Notes: generated by a model from the sequence alone, not told the origin. Shown: positions 47,201 to 57,700, counted from the first letter of the stretch. The stretch is DNA of 64,000 nucleotides from a candidate division FCPU426 bacterium (GCA_963840035.1 CAWIXE010000003.1:320001-384000), one strand, 5' to 3'. Numbers and translations: made by a program.

Positions 47201-50200
47201 AATTACGTGTGGATCATAGACGGCTGGAGGGGCTGGGTTACCCCGGCCGCCGCAATTACCGCGGACGGATACCAGTGCGCCACTATAACGGCTTATGTGT
47301 GGGCTCCTAACAGCGGGGCAAATACAAAAGTAGCCTACGCCATGATAGATTTCAAATCAGACAGGCCCGAGGATGTCATCGAGCCCATAACAGTCAGCTT
47401 AAACACCAGGGCTATCACGGACTGGAACGGCAACGCTTTTGCCAGGATAAAATCCACAAAACCCGGCGCCGCTAACGTAACCCTTTCCATGGGGCCGTAT
47501 ACAAGGATAGTCACGGTAAACTTCACGGCTGCTCCGGCAAATAAGGTGGTCATTTCACCGGCTAATGTAAATACGCAGACGGGAGTTTCAAGCACTCTTG
47601 GCATAAAAATAACGGATGTAAACGGCAACTTCATATCCGATGGCAGGACTATTAATATAAGCTCTTCTTCAGCGACCATGGTATTTTCTGCGGACAACGG
47701 GTCCACCTGGACTTCCACGGTTTCCGTGACAGGCACGCTCTCCAGGTCCATACTTGTCAGGGACAGCGCGTCAGGCACGGCCACGGTTACAGCGTCCGCA
47801 ACAGGTTTGGCCCCGGGCACAGCGACCATAAACGTAAATAACAGCCCGGCTGTGAAACTCGTGATAGTGCCTCAAAACAGCGCCTCAACAGCAGGGGCTT
47901 CAGTGGCCTTCACAGTGCAGGCAAAGGACGTTTCAAATAATAACGCGAATTCAAACGCCGCCGTGCATTTAAGTTCGGCGTCTACGACCATGTATTTTTC
48001 ATCCGACGCCGCGAACTGGTACCAGACGCTGGATGTAAATTTAATATCAGGTTCGCTGCCCGTGTATTACAGGGAAACAAAAGCCGGGGCAAACGTGACC
48101 ATAACCGCGCATGACAACGCCGCGCTTTTATCCGACGGCAAAGGCTACGCGACGACCGCGGTGGGAGCAGCCGCGTTCCTGGACGCCACCGCGAACATTT
48201 ACGCGGTAACAGCCGGCAGGTGGGTGACCATCACGGCATCGGTCACGGACGCTTATGGAAATCCGGTGGCAAACAGGACAATAACATTCACCCCCATGGT
48301 GCAGGGCGGCAAGACGCAGGATGCCAGGTTAAATAACGCGGCTGACATGATTTCCGTTTCCGGAACAACTGACGCGCAGGGAAAATTAATAGCGTGGTTT
48401 AAGACAAGCACTGACGTCGACGGCTCCATGAACTATTGCGTAGTAAATACCGCCGGGCTCCTCGGAAAGACCGTTACAATCTCAGCCTCGGACACGGCGG
48501 GCAGGCTTTCATTCCTGCCCAACCCCATGTCGCTCGGCGCCGATAAGATAGGCGTGCTTAACATAAACGCGAAGGACGCGAACGGATATAACGCCCCGGC
48601 GCCGGCCGGACATGAACCCACGCATATTTACGCGAATGTCACAAGCGTCCTGTTTTCAATTGACAACGGCCTTAACTGGTATGTGTCGGTCACGCCCACG
48701 CTTAACTCAAGCGGCGCGGCCACAGTAAACGTAAAAACCCATAACACCGGGACTTATTACATAATGGCCAGGGATTTAAACGCGGGCGCGGGGCATCTCT
48801 CAGACGGCGCCAATACGCTTAATGTTTCAACGGGATACTTTGTGTCGGTTGCGCCTTCGGCTGCTGCAACAGCAGCCGCTGGTTCGGGCGTTACTGTTAC
48901 GGCAAGGATAGTGGACCAGAACGGCGCGTTCGTGGCCATGCAGGGAGTGCGCGTGCAGTTTACAACGGACAACGGATTTATAAACCCGGCGGAAGCATAC
49001 ACTGACGCAGCGGGTATGGCGCAGTCGCTGCTCACGCTTTCCATATTATCGAACATACAGCACAAAGTTAGCGTAACCATATCAAATCCTGACGACACAA
49101 AGACATCCGGAACAATAACATCCCTGCCTGTCGTCTCATACTCGATCACATCGCCTTCGCAGGTTTACAGGGGCGAGCCTTTCTGGGTAACGCTCAGGGC
49201 AAAGGACGCCAACGGGATAAAAGTGGACAACTACGCGGGAGAAGTCACATTTACATCCAATGACCCGCTCGCGGCGCTGCCGTCAAATTACATTTACCAG
49301 ATTGGGGACGCCGGCGTAAAATTATTCCAGGTGAGCTTAAATACAAACGGCGTAAAAAATATATCGGCAATACAGGCTGACAGCTCGTCGGTATCCGGGA
49401 CCAGCCAGAACATACTGGTGCTTGACCCGCCTACGGCGACATATACCTCCACGCCGACATACACGCCTACATTTACGTCAACGGCGACAAAGACCATAAC
49501 ACAGACCATAACACAGACAGCCACGCCGTCCGTTACGCCGTCAGTAACGCAGACAGTTACAGGGACTGTAACCCAGACCATAACAGCCACAATAACACAG
49601 ACAGCCACACAAACAGTGACGCCAACTATTACGCAGACGCACAGCGTATCGCCCACCATAACCGCAACGCCGACATTCACATTTACGGCGACGGAGACGA
49701 TAACTCAGACAATGACAGGGACATTTACCAATACTCCGACATTTACATGGACGCCGACTGCCACGCAGACAGCAACCGATGAGGATACAGCCACATTTAC
49801 AGTGACGCAGACCATAACGCAAACGCAGACACCTTATGAATCGCCGACAGATACATGGTCACAGACCGCGACGCCGACTGAGACTTACACGGACACTCCG
49901 GATTATTCGGCCACGCCGACACAAGAAGACACACTGGAGCCGACTCAGACATGGACGGAAACTGAAGTGGTCACCGACACTGTCACACACACATCCACGC
50001 CGACATTCACGGCCACAAAAACAAACAGCCCCGACTGGACCGCTACGCCTTCATATACAATTACTGATTCTCCGACAATGACCGCGACTCCGACCGTGAC
50101 CGTCACGCCCATACCGCAGGATATTTATGAAAATGACGACACTTACTTAAATGCCAAACCCATATACAGCTACATAAGGCAGACGCATAACATTGTTCCG

Positions 50201-53200
50201 GCAAATGACGTGGACTGGATGGTATTTACGCTTTCCTCATTCGCGCAGGTTATCATAGAAACATCAGGCGTGCCGGCTGATACGCAGATGTGGCTCTACA
50301 GCGCGGCGGGTGTGCCGTTGACATATTTAAATTACGACGATGACAGCGGAAGCGGCGCGTATTCAAAGATAGAAGCCATGCTTGACGCGGGGACTTACTA
50401 TATAAAGGTGCAGGAGTTCGGGCAAAATGACATCGTTACCCAGTATTTTGTTGACTTAACCGTAATAGGCACGGACGTTTATGAAAATGATAATGTTTAT
50501 ACATCGGCCTCAACAATTACCAACGGGGAAACGCAGAATCACAGCATATACCCGGCAAACGACACTGACTGGGTGAAGTTTGATGTGGCTGTGACTTCCG
50601 TCGTGACTTTACAGACATCAGGCGACGGCTACGGCGACACTGTCATGTACCTGTATAATTCGGCGGGAGTGCCGGCTTCATACATGACATACGACGACAA
50701 CAACGGCGGAGTGCTCTGGTCGAAGATAACCGCCACGCTCGGGCCGGGGACTTACTATGTGAAGATAAACGAGAACGGCATGAACAGCCAGATAGGCCTG
50801 TATCATTTGACCCTTAATATGACGCAGTCTACTCCTACACCAACCTTTACCCCGCTTGTCGGGGATTCTTATGAAAATGACGACACATACACAAACGCTT
50901 CGGAAATATTAAGCGGGGTACAGCAGCAGCACTCCATACATACAGCTTCGGATGTGGACTGGGTCAAGTTTACCATCGACGCGAATTCGGTTGTGACTAT
51001 ATCCACTTCAGGGTTATCCGGCGACACGCAAATATACCTTTATAACTCGGCGGGCGTGCCGGGCACATACTACGCATACGACGATAATGGCGGCATAGGT
51101 TTCTTTTCGGGAATGACCAGGACTTTAACGCCCGGGGTTTATTACCTCAAGATACAGGAAAACGGGCAGAACGCGGTGATATCCTCATACTATGTCAGCG
51201 TGGATATCGGCGTAATCACGCCCACATACACTCCCACGGTTGTTTTAGGCGACTCTTACGAGGTGGACAATACATTTAACAACGCGAAGGTCATAGACTT
51301 AGGAACCACTCAGGCGCATTCCATACACGCCATGGGCGATGCTGACTGGGTAAAATTCACCGTGACGCAGGAATCAATAATCACCATTGAAACGTCAGGC
51401 TCGCTTTCAGACACTGAAATGTGGCTGTATGACAATCTCATGGTGCCAACGACACAGCTGGCTTATGACAATGACAGCGGCTCAGGGCTCTTCTCGGCGA
51501 TTACGCGGCAACTCGTGCCCGGTATATACTACATAAAAGTGGGCGAGTACGGCAATAACGCCACAATAGATAATTATAATATTTCCGTCAGCGCGCTGGT
51601 CATAACGCCGACACTCACGCCGACGCCGGCCATGGCTGACGCGTATGAAACAGACGACCTCTACACATCCGCGACATGGCTATATGAAGGCGCTGATCAG
51701 GAGCACAGCATACACACAAATACTGACACTGACTGGGTCAAGTTTACCATTGGCACCGGCGCTACAGTTGTCATTGAAACGTACGGAACGGCAGGGGATA
51801 CGATAATGAGCCTTTATAATTCCACAGACGTCCCGTCAACACCGATAATAACTTCAGACGGCGGAGGCACGGGGCAGTTCGCGAAAATATCATACGTGCT
51901 CCCGGCAGGAACATATTATGTTAAGGTACAGGAAAGCGGGCAGAACGCGGTGGTAGGGCAGTATTTCATAAAACTTTATGTGTCCCAGGACACGCCGACA
52001 GCTACTGCCACTAATACACCGGCATCCGGGGACGCGTATGAATACGACGGTACTTATCTCACGGCAAAAACAATTACAAGCGGAATATCGCAGATACACT
52101 CCATATTCCCGTCAGGGGACTCTGACTGGGTAAAGTTTGACGTAACAGGGCCTTCCACTGTCACGCTTGAAACCTCCGGAACCACAGGCGGAGACACGGT
52201 GCTTTACCTTTATAATGCGGCAGGGGCGGCGTCAGGCACATCCCTTGCGGTTAATGACGACGGAGGCACAGGTTACTGGTCAAAAATAACATACGCTATC
52301 ACAACGCCTGGTACGTATTACGCGCGCGTGGTGGAATACTCAAATTACTACACCATATCAAGCTACTACCTGTCGCTCACAATAGTCCCGCAGATGTCGC
52401 CGACGCAAACGCCGTATTACTCGCCGACGTCTACTGTGACGCCTTCATCCACTTCGACTGAGACTGAAGTTTACACCCCGACCGCGACTTCCACTGTTAC
52501 CATCACCATAAATGAAGCGGTTGATAACAGCGCGCTGGTATTTACAACCGCGGGCAACGCAGTGTGGGCCGGCATAACCGGGTTTGGCTATTCGGATAAT
52601 GATTCGGCAAAGAGCGGGGCCATAGGCGACAACATGCAGTCATACGTTCAGACAACAGTTGCCGGCCCTGGGTTGATAACATTCTGGTGGAAAGTTTCAA
52701 GTGATGCCGCTGATACGCTTACGCTTTATGACGGGAAAAATGTGATACAGTCCATAAGCGGCGATGTTGACTGGGAGCAGGTTTCTTACGCGGTACCTTC
52801 AGGTACGCATGCCATAAAATGGGAATATTCAAAGGACGCGTCTGTCTCCGGCGGGCTTGATACGGCCTGGCTGGATATGGTTGAATTTACTTACATGACT
52901 CCCACGGATACTCCGGAGATGACAGCTACTGCTACGCCGACATTTACAGTTACGCCTGCGCCCACAATAAGCATTCCCGAGGCGGTGGATAATTTCACCC
53001 TCACATATGATACCTATGGCGCGGCCCGGTGGTTCGGGGAGTCCGCGGTATCATATTACGGCGGGGACGCGGCCCAAAGCGGCGCGGCGGGCAACAGCCA
53101 GTATTCATATATGGAAACTAACGTAACCGGCCCTGGCGTATTCAGTTTCTACTGGAAAGTATCCTCGCAGTCAGGCGGGGATTACCTGCTGCTCTACATA

Positions 53201-54640
53201 GACGGAACCGCCATAGTATCAATCTCCGGCGAGGTTGACTGGAGTTACAGGACTTATACGCTCGGCACGGGCTCGCATTTGATAAGGTGGATGTATTCTA
53301 AGAACGCGTCAATTACCGCGGGAAGCGACTGCGGCTGGGTGGACCAGGTTGTTTATAACAGGTACACGCCGACCGTAACAAATACGGTAACGAACTCGCC
53401 GACAATAACGGCGACATGGAGCCAGTCCGCCACGTTTACCTCAACCAGGACAGCATCACCAACAAGGACCGCGACTTCAACATTCACGGAAAGCCCGTTT
53501 GTAACCGCTACCCCGACATTCACAATTACGAATACGCATACTGTGACCCTCACGCCGCCGGGAACCGGCATGCTCTGGCAGCTTGCGGCAGCGGCGCCGT
53601 TTACGGGCAGGTTCGGCCACACCAGCGTGGTATTCAACAATAAGATGTGGGTTATTGGCGGTATTAACGGGTCTACTGTTTTAAATGATGTATATTCTTC
53701 AGCGGACGGGGCAACATGGACGCTTGTAACGGCATCAGCCCCTTTCCCGGCGCGTTACCTGCATACAAGCGTGGTATTCAATAATAAAATATGGGTCATC
53801 GGCGGCTACACCAATACAGTGCTTTTAAATGACGTGTGGTCATCGCCGGACGGCCTCAACTGGACGCTGGAAAATCCCGCGGCATCCTTCGCGGGCAGGT
53901 ACTGGCACTCGAGTTTTGTGCTGAACGGGAAAATGTGGGTAACCGGCGGCACAGGCGCAACAAATTACGGCGATGTGTGGTCATCTCCGGACGGCCTCAA
54001 CTGGACGCAGGAGACAGCGATGGCGTCTTTCGGACAGAGGTACGCGCACGCGTGCGTGGTCCATGAAGGAAAAGTCTTCCTTACAAACGGAACATCAGGT
54101 CTTTCATATAATGACGTATGGTCATCAAATGACGGAATAAACTGGACGCCGCTGACATCGGGTGCGCCTTATCCGGCAAGGTACGGGCATACGGTTATTT
54201 CTTTCGGCGGATATTTGTGGATGATCGGGGGCTACTCAACATCCGGTTTTGCAAATGATGTGTGGTCCTCGCAGGACGGGATTTCCTGGACTCAGGCGAC
54301 AGCGGCGGCGCCGTTCGCCATAAGGGCGTCGCATACGAGCCTTGTATTTGCCGGCAGGATATGGGCGCTGGGCGGTTACAGCGGATCAGCTTATCTGGGA
54401 GATGTGTGGCGCTCTCCTCCGGATACAAACCCTACAGCCACATTTACGCGCACTTATACGGCAACGCGTACATTTACGCCCACGTGCACATTTACAAGGA
54501 CCGATACACCCACGCCGGCGTCGCCCACAAATACCGGCACGGCCACAAGGACATCCACGGCCACTGAGTCTTCATCCGCCACGGAGCAGCCCCACATTTA
54601 CGGTTACGCAAACAGCTACAGCGACAGCTACGGCGACTAA
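44228..54640 (+). CDS. giant modular surface protein (DUF11/VWA, Ig-like folds, 6 PPC-like repeats, 2 'EAVDN' beta-sandwiches, Kelch-like propeller); frameshifted before its CTD
   Basis: Signal peptide; MIDAS DRSGS; D.YE.D...D.DW..F...G.YY repeats x6; W..GG...NDVW.S.DG..W blades; Thr linkers. Confidence 0.88.
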   Translation: MAARKLHSFQRLILLLSLFTAIFLPAYLNAGVLVMEKSSTKFIAAMGETVNYCITINPQYVTPKADIIWVIDRSGSMSYGIDNILANMRYFTEQLTGRKIDYRQGLVTFVDGFYDNYGFADNDDKFKSWLADIPVGGGIEPDLEALYEANNVPWRPDASKTMILITDEGIPCAEAGGDPLYVSLTASDLYSQGVIIHAITYNPSIAGYESYKCNPKFLPPLAGGVWLDYNTPPSGWNVFLQILGEAIATMNDVKITDPVPPDLIPVPGSAGTGVITGNEIVWNFTQVDRGAPFQVCFDAVVNTPFYNTVSNTAYGQASGISRTASNSVFINMATFTSTPTYTCTPTFTATRTYSNTKTATSTRTPSMTRTHTHTPSATKTITDTATPSATRTGTKTVTETCSPSDTSTATPTATQSATQTITKTATPTCTDTPTVSPTYTGTITRTATPTSTPTYTRTATGTYTITATGTQQATYTDTPTPTATATKDVDHYIIGAPASVPAGVPFYITVTAITSTWYGSLVADNYAGTAFFATSSPLYSLPANYTYIPASDYGSHIFQVTLMTPGMQSVTATDTVDASVTGLANILVTSGNAAYFTIDAPATAVAGDVFYITVTAKDAYNNVVTGYTGTAGFESTDAQWVSPGDVPFYAADQGKKILAVTMKTSGIQKIYCEDIMNSAINGTSNDIIITHSVISGFTVSAPTIVNTGTQFTYVVTARDAYNNVIEDYTGTVHFTSTDGGATLPANYTFLPSDSGSRIFTGALAANGTQYISVNDTLQPLSAGTSNAINAVTPPTQYNRPLLLTSYLTQPNHYEFCYIRIDDRNFTFTSTANYLEYDVYVPDYSSNFYCSTEFQDGVYPGDGNDMRDYGQTTQDYIKDQNGIRIHPSMDISIFAKGKWYHRKFDVSSLQPTGYYSNGFLSQDTGNIGYNGAPSNNAGTFNAFFNNIAVKTSGGTVVHNVFSNDTTMKIGGGVVYSGMTNPSWRTDATYPLDNYVWIIDGWRGWVTPAAAITADGYQCATITAYVWAPNSGANTKVAYAMIDFKSDRPEDVIEPITVSLNTRAITDWNGNAFARIKSTKPGAANVTLSMGPYTRIVTVNFTAAPANKVVISPANVNTQTGVSSTLGIKITDVNGNFISDGRTINISSSSATMVFSADNGSTWTSTVSVTGTLSRSILVRDSASGTATVTASATGLAPGTATINVNNSPAVKLVIVPQNSASTAGASVAFTVQAKDVSNNNANSNAAVHLSSASTTMYFSSDAANWYQTLDVNLISGSLPVYYRETKAGANVTITAHDNAALLSDGKGYATTAVGAAAFLDATANIYAVTAGRWVTITASVTDAYGNPVANRTITFTPMVQGGKTQDARLNNAADMISVSGTTDAQGKLIAWFKTSTDVDGSMNYCVVNTAGLLGKTVTISASDTAGRLSFLPNPMSLGADKIGVLNINAKDANGYNAPAPAGHEPTHIYANVTSVLFSIDNGLNWYVSVTPTLNSSGAATVNVKTHNTGTYYIMARDLNAGAGHLSDGANTLNVSTGYFVSVAPSAAATAAAGSGVTVTARIVDQNGAFVAMQGVRVQFTTDNGFINPAEAYTDAAGMAQSLLTLSILSNIQHKVSVTISNPDDTKTSGTITSLPVVSYSITSPSQVYRGEPFWVTLRAKDANGIKVDNYAGEVTFTSNDPLAALPSNYIYQIGDAGVKLFQVSLNTNGVKNISAIQADSSSVSGTSQNILVLDPPTATYTSTPTYTPTFTSTATKTITQTITQTATPSVTPSVTQTVTGTVTQTITATITQTATQTVTPTITQTHSVSPTITATPTFTFTATETITQTMTGTFTNTPTFTWTPTATQTATDEDTATFTVTQTITQTQTPYESPTDTWSQTATPTETYTDTPDYSATPTQEDTLEPTQTWTETEVVTDTVTHTSTPTFTATKTNSPDWTATPSYTITDSPTMTATPTVTVTPIPQDIYENDDTYLNAKPIYSYIRQTHNIVPANDVDWMVFTLSSFAQVIIETSGVPADTQMWLYSAAGVPLTYLNYDDDSGSGAYSKIEAMLDAGTYYIKVQEFGQNDIVTQYFVDLTVIGTDVYENDNVYTSASTITNGETQNHSIYPANDTDWVKFDVAVTSVVTLQTSGDGYGDTVMYLYNSAGVPASYMTYDDNNGGVLWSKITATLGPGTYYVKINENGMNSQIGLYHLTLNMTQSTPTPTFTPLVGDSYENDDTYTNASEILSGVQQQHSIHTASDVDWVKFTIDANSVVTISTSGLSGDTQIYLYNSAGVPGTYYAYDDNGGIGFFSGMTRTLTPGVYYLKIQENGQNAVISSYYVSVDIGVITPTYTPTVVLGDSYEVDNTFNNAKVIDLGTTQAHSIHAMGDADWVKFTVTQESIITIETSGSLSDTEMWLYDNLMVPTTQLAYDNDSGSGLFSAITRQLVPGIYYIKVGEYGNNATIDNYNISVSALVITPTLTPTPAMADAYETDDLYTSATWLYEGADQEHSIHTNTDTDWVKFTIGTGATVVIETYGTAGDTIMSLYNSTDVPSTPIITSDGGGTGQFAKISYVLPAGTYYVKVQESGQNAVVGQYFIKLYVSQDTPTATATNTPASGDAYEYDGTYLTAKTITSGISQIHSIFPSGDSDWVKFDVTGPSTVTLETSGTTGGDTVLYLYNAAGAASGTSLAVNDDGGTGYWSKITYAITTPGTYYARVVEYSNYYTISSYYLSLTIVPQMSPTQTPYYSPTSTVTPSSTSTETEVYTPTATSTVTITINEAVDNSALVFTTAGNAVWAGITGFGYSDNDSAKSGAIGDNMQSYVQTTVAGPGLITFWWKVSSDAADTLTLYDGKNVIQSISGDVDWEQVSYAVPSGTHAIKWEYSKDASVSGGLDTAWLDMVEFTYMTPTDTPEMTATATPTFTVTPAPTISIPEAVDNFTLTYDTYGAARWFGESAVSYYGGDAAQSGAAGNSQYSYMETNVTGPGVFSFYWKVSSQSGGDYLLLYIDGTAIVSISGEVDWSYRTYTLGTGSHLIRWMYSKNASITAGSDCGWVDQVVYNRYTPTVTNTVTNSPTITATWSQSATFTSTRTASPTRTATSTFTESPFVTATPTFTITNTHTVTLTPPGTGMLWQLAAAAPFTGRFGHTSVVFNNKMWVIGGINGSTVLNDVYSSADGATWTLVTASAPFPARYLHTSVVFNNKIWVIGGYTNTVLLNDVWSSPDGLNWTLENPAASFAGRYWHSSFVLNGKMWVTGGTGATNYGDVWSSPDGLNWTQETAMASFGQRYAHACVVHEGKVFLTNGTSGLSYNDVWSSNDGINWTPLTSGAPYPARYGHTVISFGGYLWMIGGYSTSGFANDVWSSQDGISWTQATAAAPFAIRASHTSLVFAGRIWALGGYSGSAYLGDVWRSPPDTNPTATFTRTYTATRTFTPTCTFTRTDTPTPASPTNTGTATRTSTATESSSATEQPHIYGYANSYSDSYGD

Positions 54641-56324
54641 TACGCCTGAAGTTGGATTATGGCACCAGGTGGCTGACGCGGCAGCGCCTCCGGGCAGCGG
54701 TTCGGCAAGCCCTTACGCGTGGTACTACGGTATAGACGGGGCTAATAATTACAATACCGGCGCGAGGACTTATGGCAGCATGGTTACGGGGAATTTCAGC
54801 GGGATTATGTCAGGTTCAACGCTGTCATTTTTAAGCTGGGCACAGACTGAGAATTCCATGTCAGTTGATCTAAGGCGGCTTTATGTGTCAACGGATGGCG
54901 GCGGAAGCTGGGGACTGCTCACTGACCTGCTGGGCAATGAGGAAATATGGTATCCGGTCAGTATAGACCTTTCAGCGTACTCGGGACAAAGCGTCATGTT
55001 CAGGTTTGAATTTGACTCGGTGGATGATTTTGCGAATGATTTCGTGGGCTGGTACGTGGATGATATCAGGGTAGTGATGCCGACCCCGACTGTTACAAAT
55101 ACGGTAATATTGCCGACCGCTACAGATACGCCGGTTTACAGCCCGACAGGTACAGCGACAAATACGCCGGTTTATAGCCCGACAGAAACATCGACTTACA
55201 CTCCTGTGGTCAGCCCAACATTTACAGAAACAAATACGCCTTTCCATAGCCCTACGGAAACATTTACACATACGCCTACAGCAAGCGCGACAGAGACGCC
55301 GGATGTAAGCCCCGCGTTTACGGAAACTGACACGCCTGTATGCAGCCCTACGGAAACACCGACAGATACTCCCGTGTGCAGTCCTACACAGACACCGACG
55401 ATTACGCCTGTGTTAAGCGCGACAAATACACCGGCATTAAGCCCCACAAACACGCCTGTTTACAGCCCGACAAATACGGCTACGGACACGCCTGTTTATA
55501 GTCCGACAAGCACGTCCACTAATACACCGGTATACAGCCCGACACAATCAGAAACTAATACACCGGTATACAGCCCGACACAATCAGAAACTAATACACC
55601 GGTATACAGCCCGACAGAATCAGAAACTAATACACCCGTATACAGCCCGACACATACAGCGACCGTACCAAGCGCTACAGTTACGCCTGTTGTCAGCGCT
55701 ACCGCTACAGGGACAAAGACAACCATAGCGAGCAGGACATTTACTCCGACAAAAACGGGGACGCCGACTATTTCCGCCACATATACGGCGACGGCTACTA
55801 TTACATCGACCGGTACAATGACAAACAGCCCGACACGTACATATACAGCGACTCCTTCCGCCACTCAGAGTAACACGACGACATCAACGGGTACGCACAC
55901 CAGGACTGCGACACTTACGGCAACACCGTCCCCGACATTTACGCCGACGGTCACAGCTACGCATAAGCCGCTATTTACCCAGACCGCTACATCAACGCCG
56001 GTTATGCCGACATTTACGCCGACACCTCAGCCCACGGCGCCTAACGCGGGCCGTTTAAGCTCATATGTTTATCCGCAGCCGGCGTCAAAACACCTGACTT
56101 TCGTTTACAGCCTGAAAAAATCGGCAGAGGTAAAAATAGTCATATATAACGTGGCAGGTATGGATGTTGCCGTGCTTTCAGTCATAGGGCAGGCGGTTGA
56201 TAATAATAAAGCATATTTAGACCTTGCCGGATTCGCGCCGGGGACATATTACTACACCATAAAAATAGACTACAGGACACAGCAGGAGACATATAAGCCC
56301 GCGAAGTTCCTGGTAGTAAAGTAG
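54585..56324 (+). CDS. +1-frame continuation of the giant protein (InhA/MAM-like domain, PVYSPT repeats, T9SS-like CTD)
   Basis: Thr-linker register resumes at ~54585; IDLSAYSGQ...GWYVDD; YVYPQP...IYNVAG...PGTYYY...KFLVVK. Confidence 0.8.
   Translation, partial: SSPTFTVTQTATATATATNTPEVGLWHQVADAAAPPGSGSASPYAWYYGIDGANNYNTGARTYGSMVTGNFSGIMSGSTLSFLSWAQTENSMSVDLRRLYVSTDGGGSWGLLTDLLGNEEIWYPVSIDLSAYSGQSVMFRFEFDSVDDFANDFVGWYVDDIRVVMPTPTVTNTVILPTATDTPVYSPTGTATNTPVYSPTETSTYTPVVSPTFTETNTPFHSPTETFTHTPTASATETPDVSPAFTETDTPVCSPTETPTDTPVCSPTQTPTITPVLSATNTPALSPTNTPVYSPTNTATDTPVYSPTSTSTNTPVYSPTQSETNTPVYSPTQSETNTPVYSPTESETNTPVYSPTHTATVPSATVTPVVSATATGTKTTIASRTFTPTKTGTPTISATYTATATITSTGTMTNSPTRTYTATPSATQSNTTTSTGTHTRTATLTATPSPTFTPTVTATHKPLFTQTATSTPVMPTFTPTPQPTAPNAGRLSSYVYPQPASKHLTFVYSLKKSAEVKIVIYNVAGMDVAVLSVIGQAVDNNKAYLDLAGFAPGTYYYTIKIDYRTQQETYKPAKFLVVK
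55518..55653 (+). repeat. 36-bp tandem repeat (TNTPVYSPTQSE) x ~3.8
   Basis: actaatacaccggtatacagcccgacacaatcagaa units at 55518, 55554, 55590, 55626. Confidence 0.9.
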
Positions 56325-56331
56325 GGCCGCC

Positions 56332-57504
56332 ATGAGAAGAATAATGACGGCGGCGGCAATAAGCGTGATGTTTTTTTCAATGATAAGCGGCTACACAAAC
56401 AGCAGCGCGAAAATAATATACCCGTTCGTGGACATAGCGCCGTGCGCGAGGGCCGCGGCGCTGGCCGACTCGGTGTGCGGAATGAACGTGGAGGAGTCGG
56501 GATATTATTTTTCAAACCCGTCGGTGCTGGCTTCATTGAAAAACCCGCAGCTTAACCTGACATACGGCAGGTGGTTCGTGGACACGAGCTACCAGAACCT
56601 GACAGGGGCGTCGAACTTTAATTTCGGGGCCATGGGGTTCCAGCTGTTATACGTAAACCACGGTTCCTTTGACCGCAGGGATGATTTCGGGGCGCTGTTA
56701 AACGGCACGGTTGAGTCGTATAACGTGGCGGTGTCAGCGGCGTACGCGATGAAACCAATGGCAAAACTTTCAGCTGGAATAGCGGTAAAGACGATTATAG
56801 AGTCAGACGCCTCGGATGTGAGAGGCACGGCGTGCGCGGATATCGGGGCGATGTATGAATTTGAAAAGATGACGCTGGGGATGGCGTTAAACAACATAGG
56901 GGCGGACGCGGTCTACGGGCTGCCGTTTACGATAAGGGCGGGAGTATCAGCGCCGTATACGATAACACAAGAGCACAAGCTTATGATGGGACTTGACACG
57001 AAATACATATTAAACGACGAGATGACGATATCAGCCGGGATAGAGTACGGTTACGCGGAGACGGCATTCGCGAGGCTGGGGTACAAGTTAAGGACAGGGG
57101 CAAGTTCATTTGACGCCATATCAGGGTTCACCTTTGGAACAGGCGTAAAAGCGGCAGGGCTTGCTTTTGATTACGCGCTTGTTCCGTTTACAGACCTGGG
57201 GTTTACGCACAGGGTGACGGTGTCGTATGTTTTCGGCGCGGCCGTAAAAAAACCCGCGGCCAAAAAAGCGGCAGGCAAAGATGAGGACGAATCAAAAACA
57301 ATAATGCAGTATTTTGACGCGGTGACCGCGGATAAGAACGACATAAAGGCGTGGAAAAAACTCGCCCGCGCCCATGACCTTTTCGGGAACATTGAGATGG
57401 CGTTAAAGACGGTAAACGAAGCGCTGACAGTCGCGCCGAATGATAAGGAACTCATAAAGATGAAGGGCGATTACGGGAAGATATTAAATAAGAGTGGAAA
57501 GTAG
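56332..57504 (+). CDS. PorV/PorQ-family beta-barrel protein with C-terminal TPR
   Basis: PF.DI...ARAAALA, NP..LA, DIGAMY, G..L.NIG, LP.TIR.G, G.EY, RLGY, FDYA..P..DLG.THR; TPR-like tail. Confidence 0.82.
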   Translation: MRRIMTAAAISVMFFSMISGYTNSSAKIIYPFVDIAPCARAAALADSVCGMNVEESGYYFSNPSVLASLKNPQLNLTYGRWFVDTSYQNLTGASNFNFGAMGFQLLYVNHGSFDRRDDFGALLNGTVESYNVAVSAAYAMKPMAKLSAGIAVKTIIESDASDVRGTACADIGAMYEFEKMTLGMALNNIGADAVYGLPFTIRAGVSAPYTITQEHKLMMGLDTKYILNDEMTISAGIEYGYAETAFARLGYKLRTGASSFDAISGFTFGTGVKAAGLAFDYALVPFTDLGFTHRVTVSYVFGAAVKKPAAKKAAGKDEDESKTIMQYFDAVTADKNDIKAWKKLARAHDLFGNIEMALKTVNEALTVAPNDKELIKMKGDYGKILNKSGK

Positions 57505-57554
57505 ACAGGAGACTGGAGACAAGAGTAATACTCCTGTCTCCGGTCTTTTGTCTC
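57502..57554. repeat. inverted pair of GAGACAG-type heptamer arrays (hairpin)
   Basis: tagacag gagactg gagacaa gagta-a-tactc ctgtctc cggtctt ttgtctc. Confidence 0.8.
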
Positions 57555-57645
57555 TCTTTTACTCTCGTGAAGTATACTGAAAGTTATATGAAAATGTAAA
57601 ACAGGTTAATAAAAAGAAGAAAGATAATATAAAAGCTTACTTTTG

Positions 57646-57674
57646 TTGACAAAAATGGGGCAAAAACTTATAAT
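57646..57674 (+). promoter_or_regulatory. consensus sigma70 promoter
   Basis: TTGACA-17 bp-TATAAT, then GGAGG RBS and the TTG start at 57701. Confidence 0.8.
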
Positions 57675-57700
57675 AGTCCAAGTATTTTGGGAGGAAGGGA

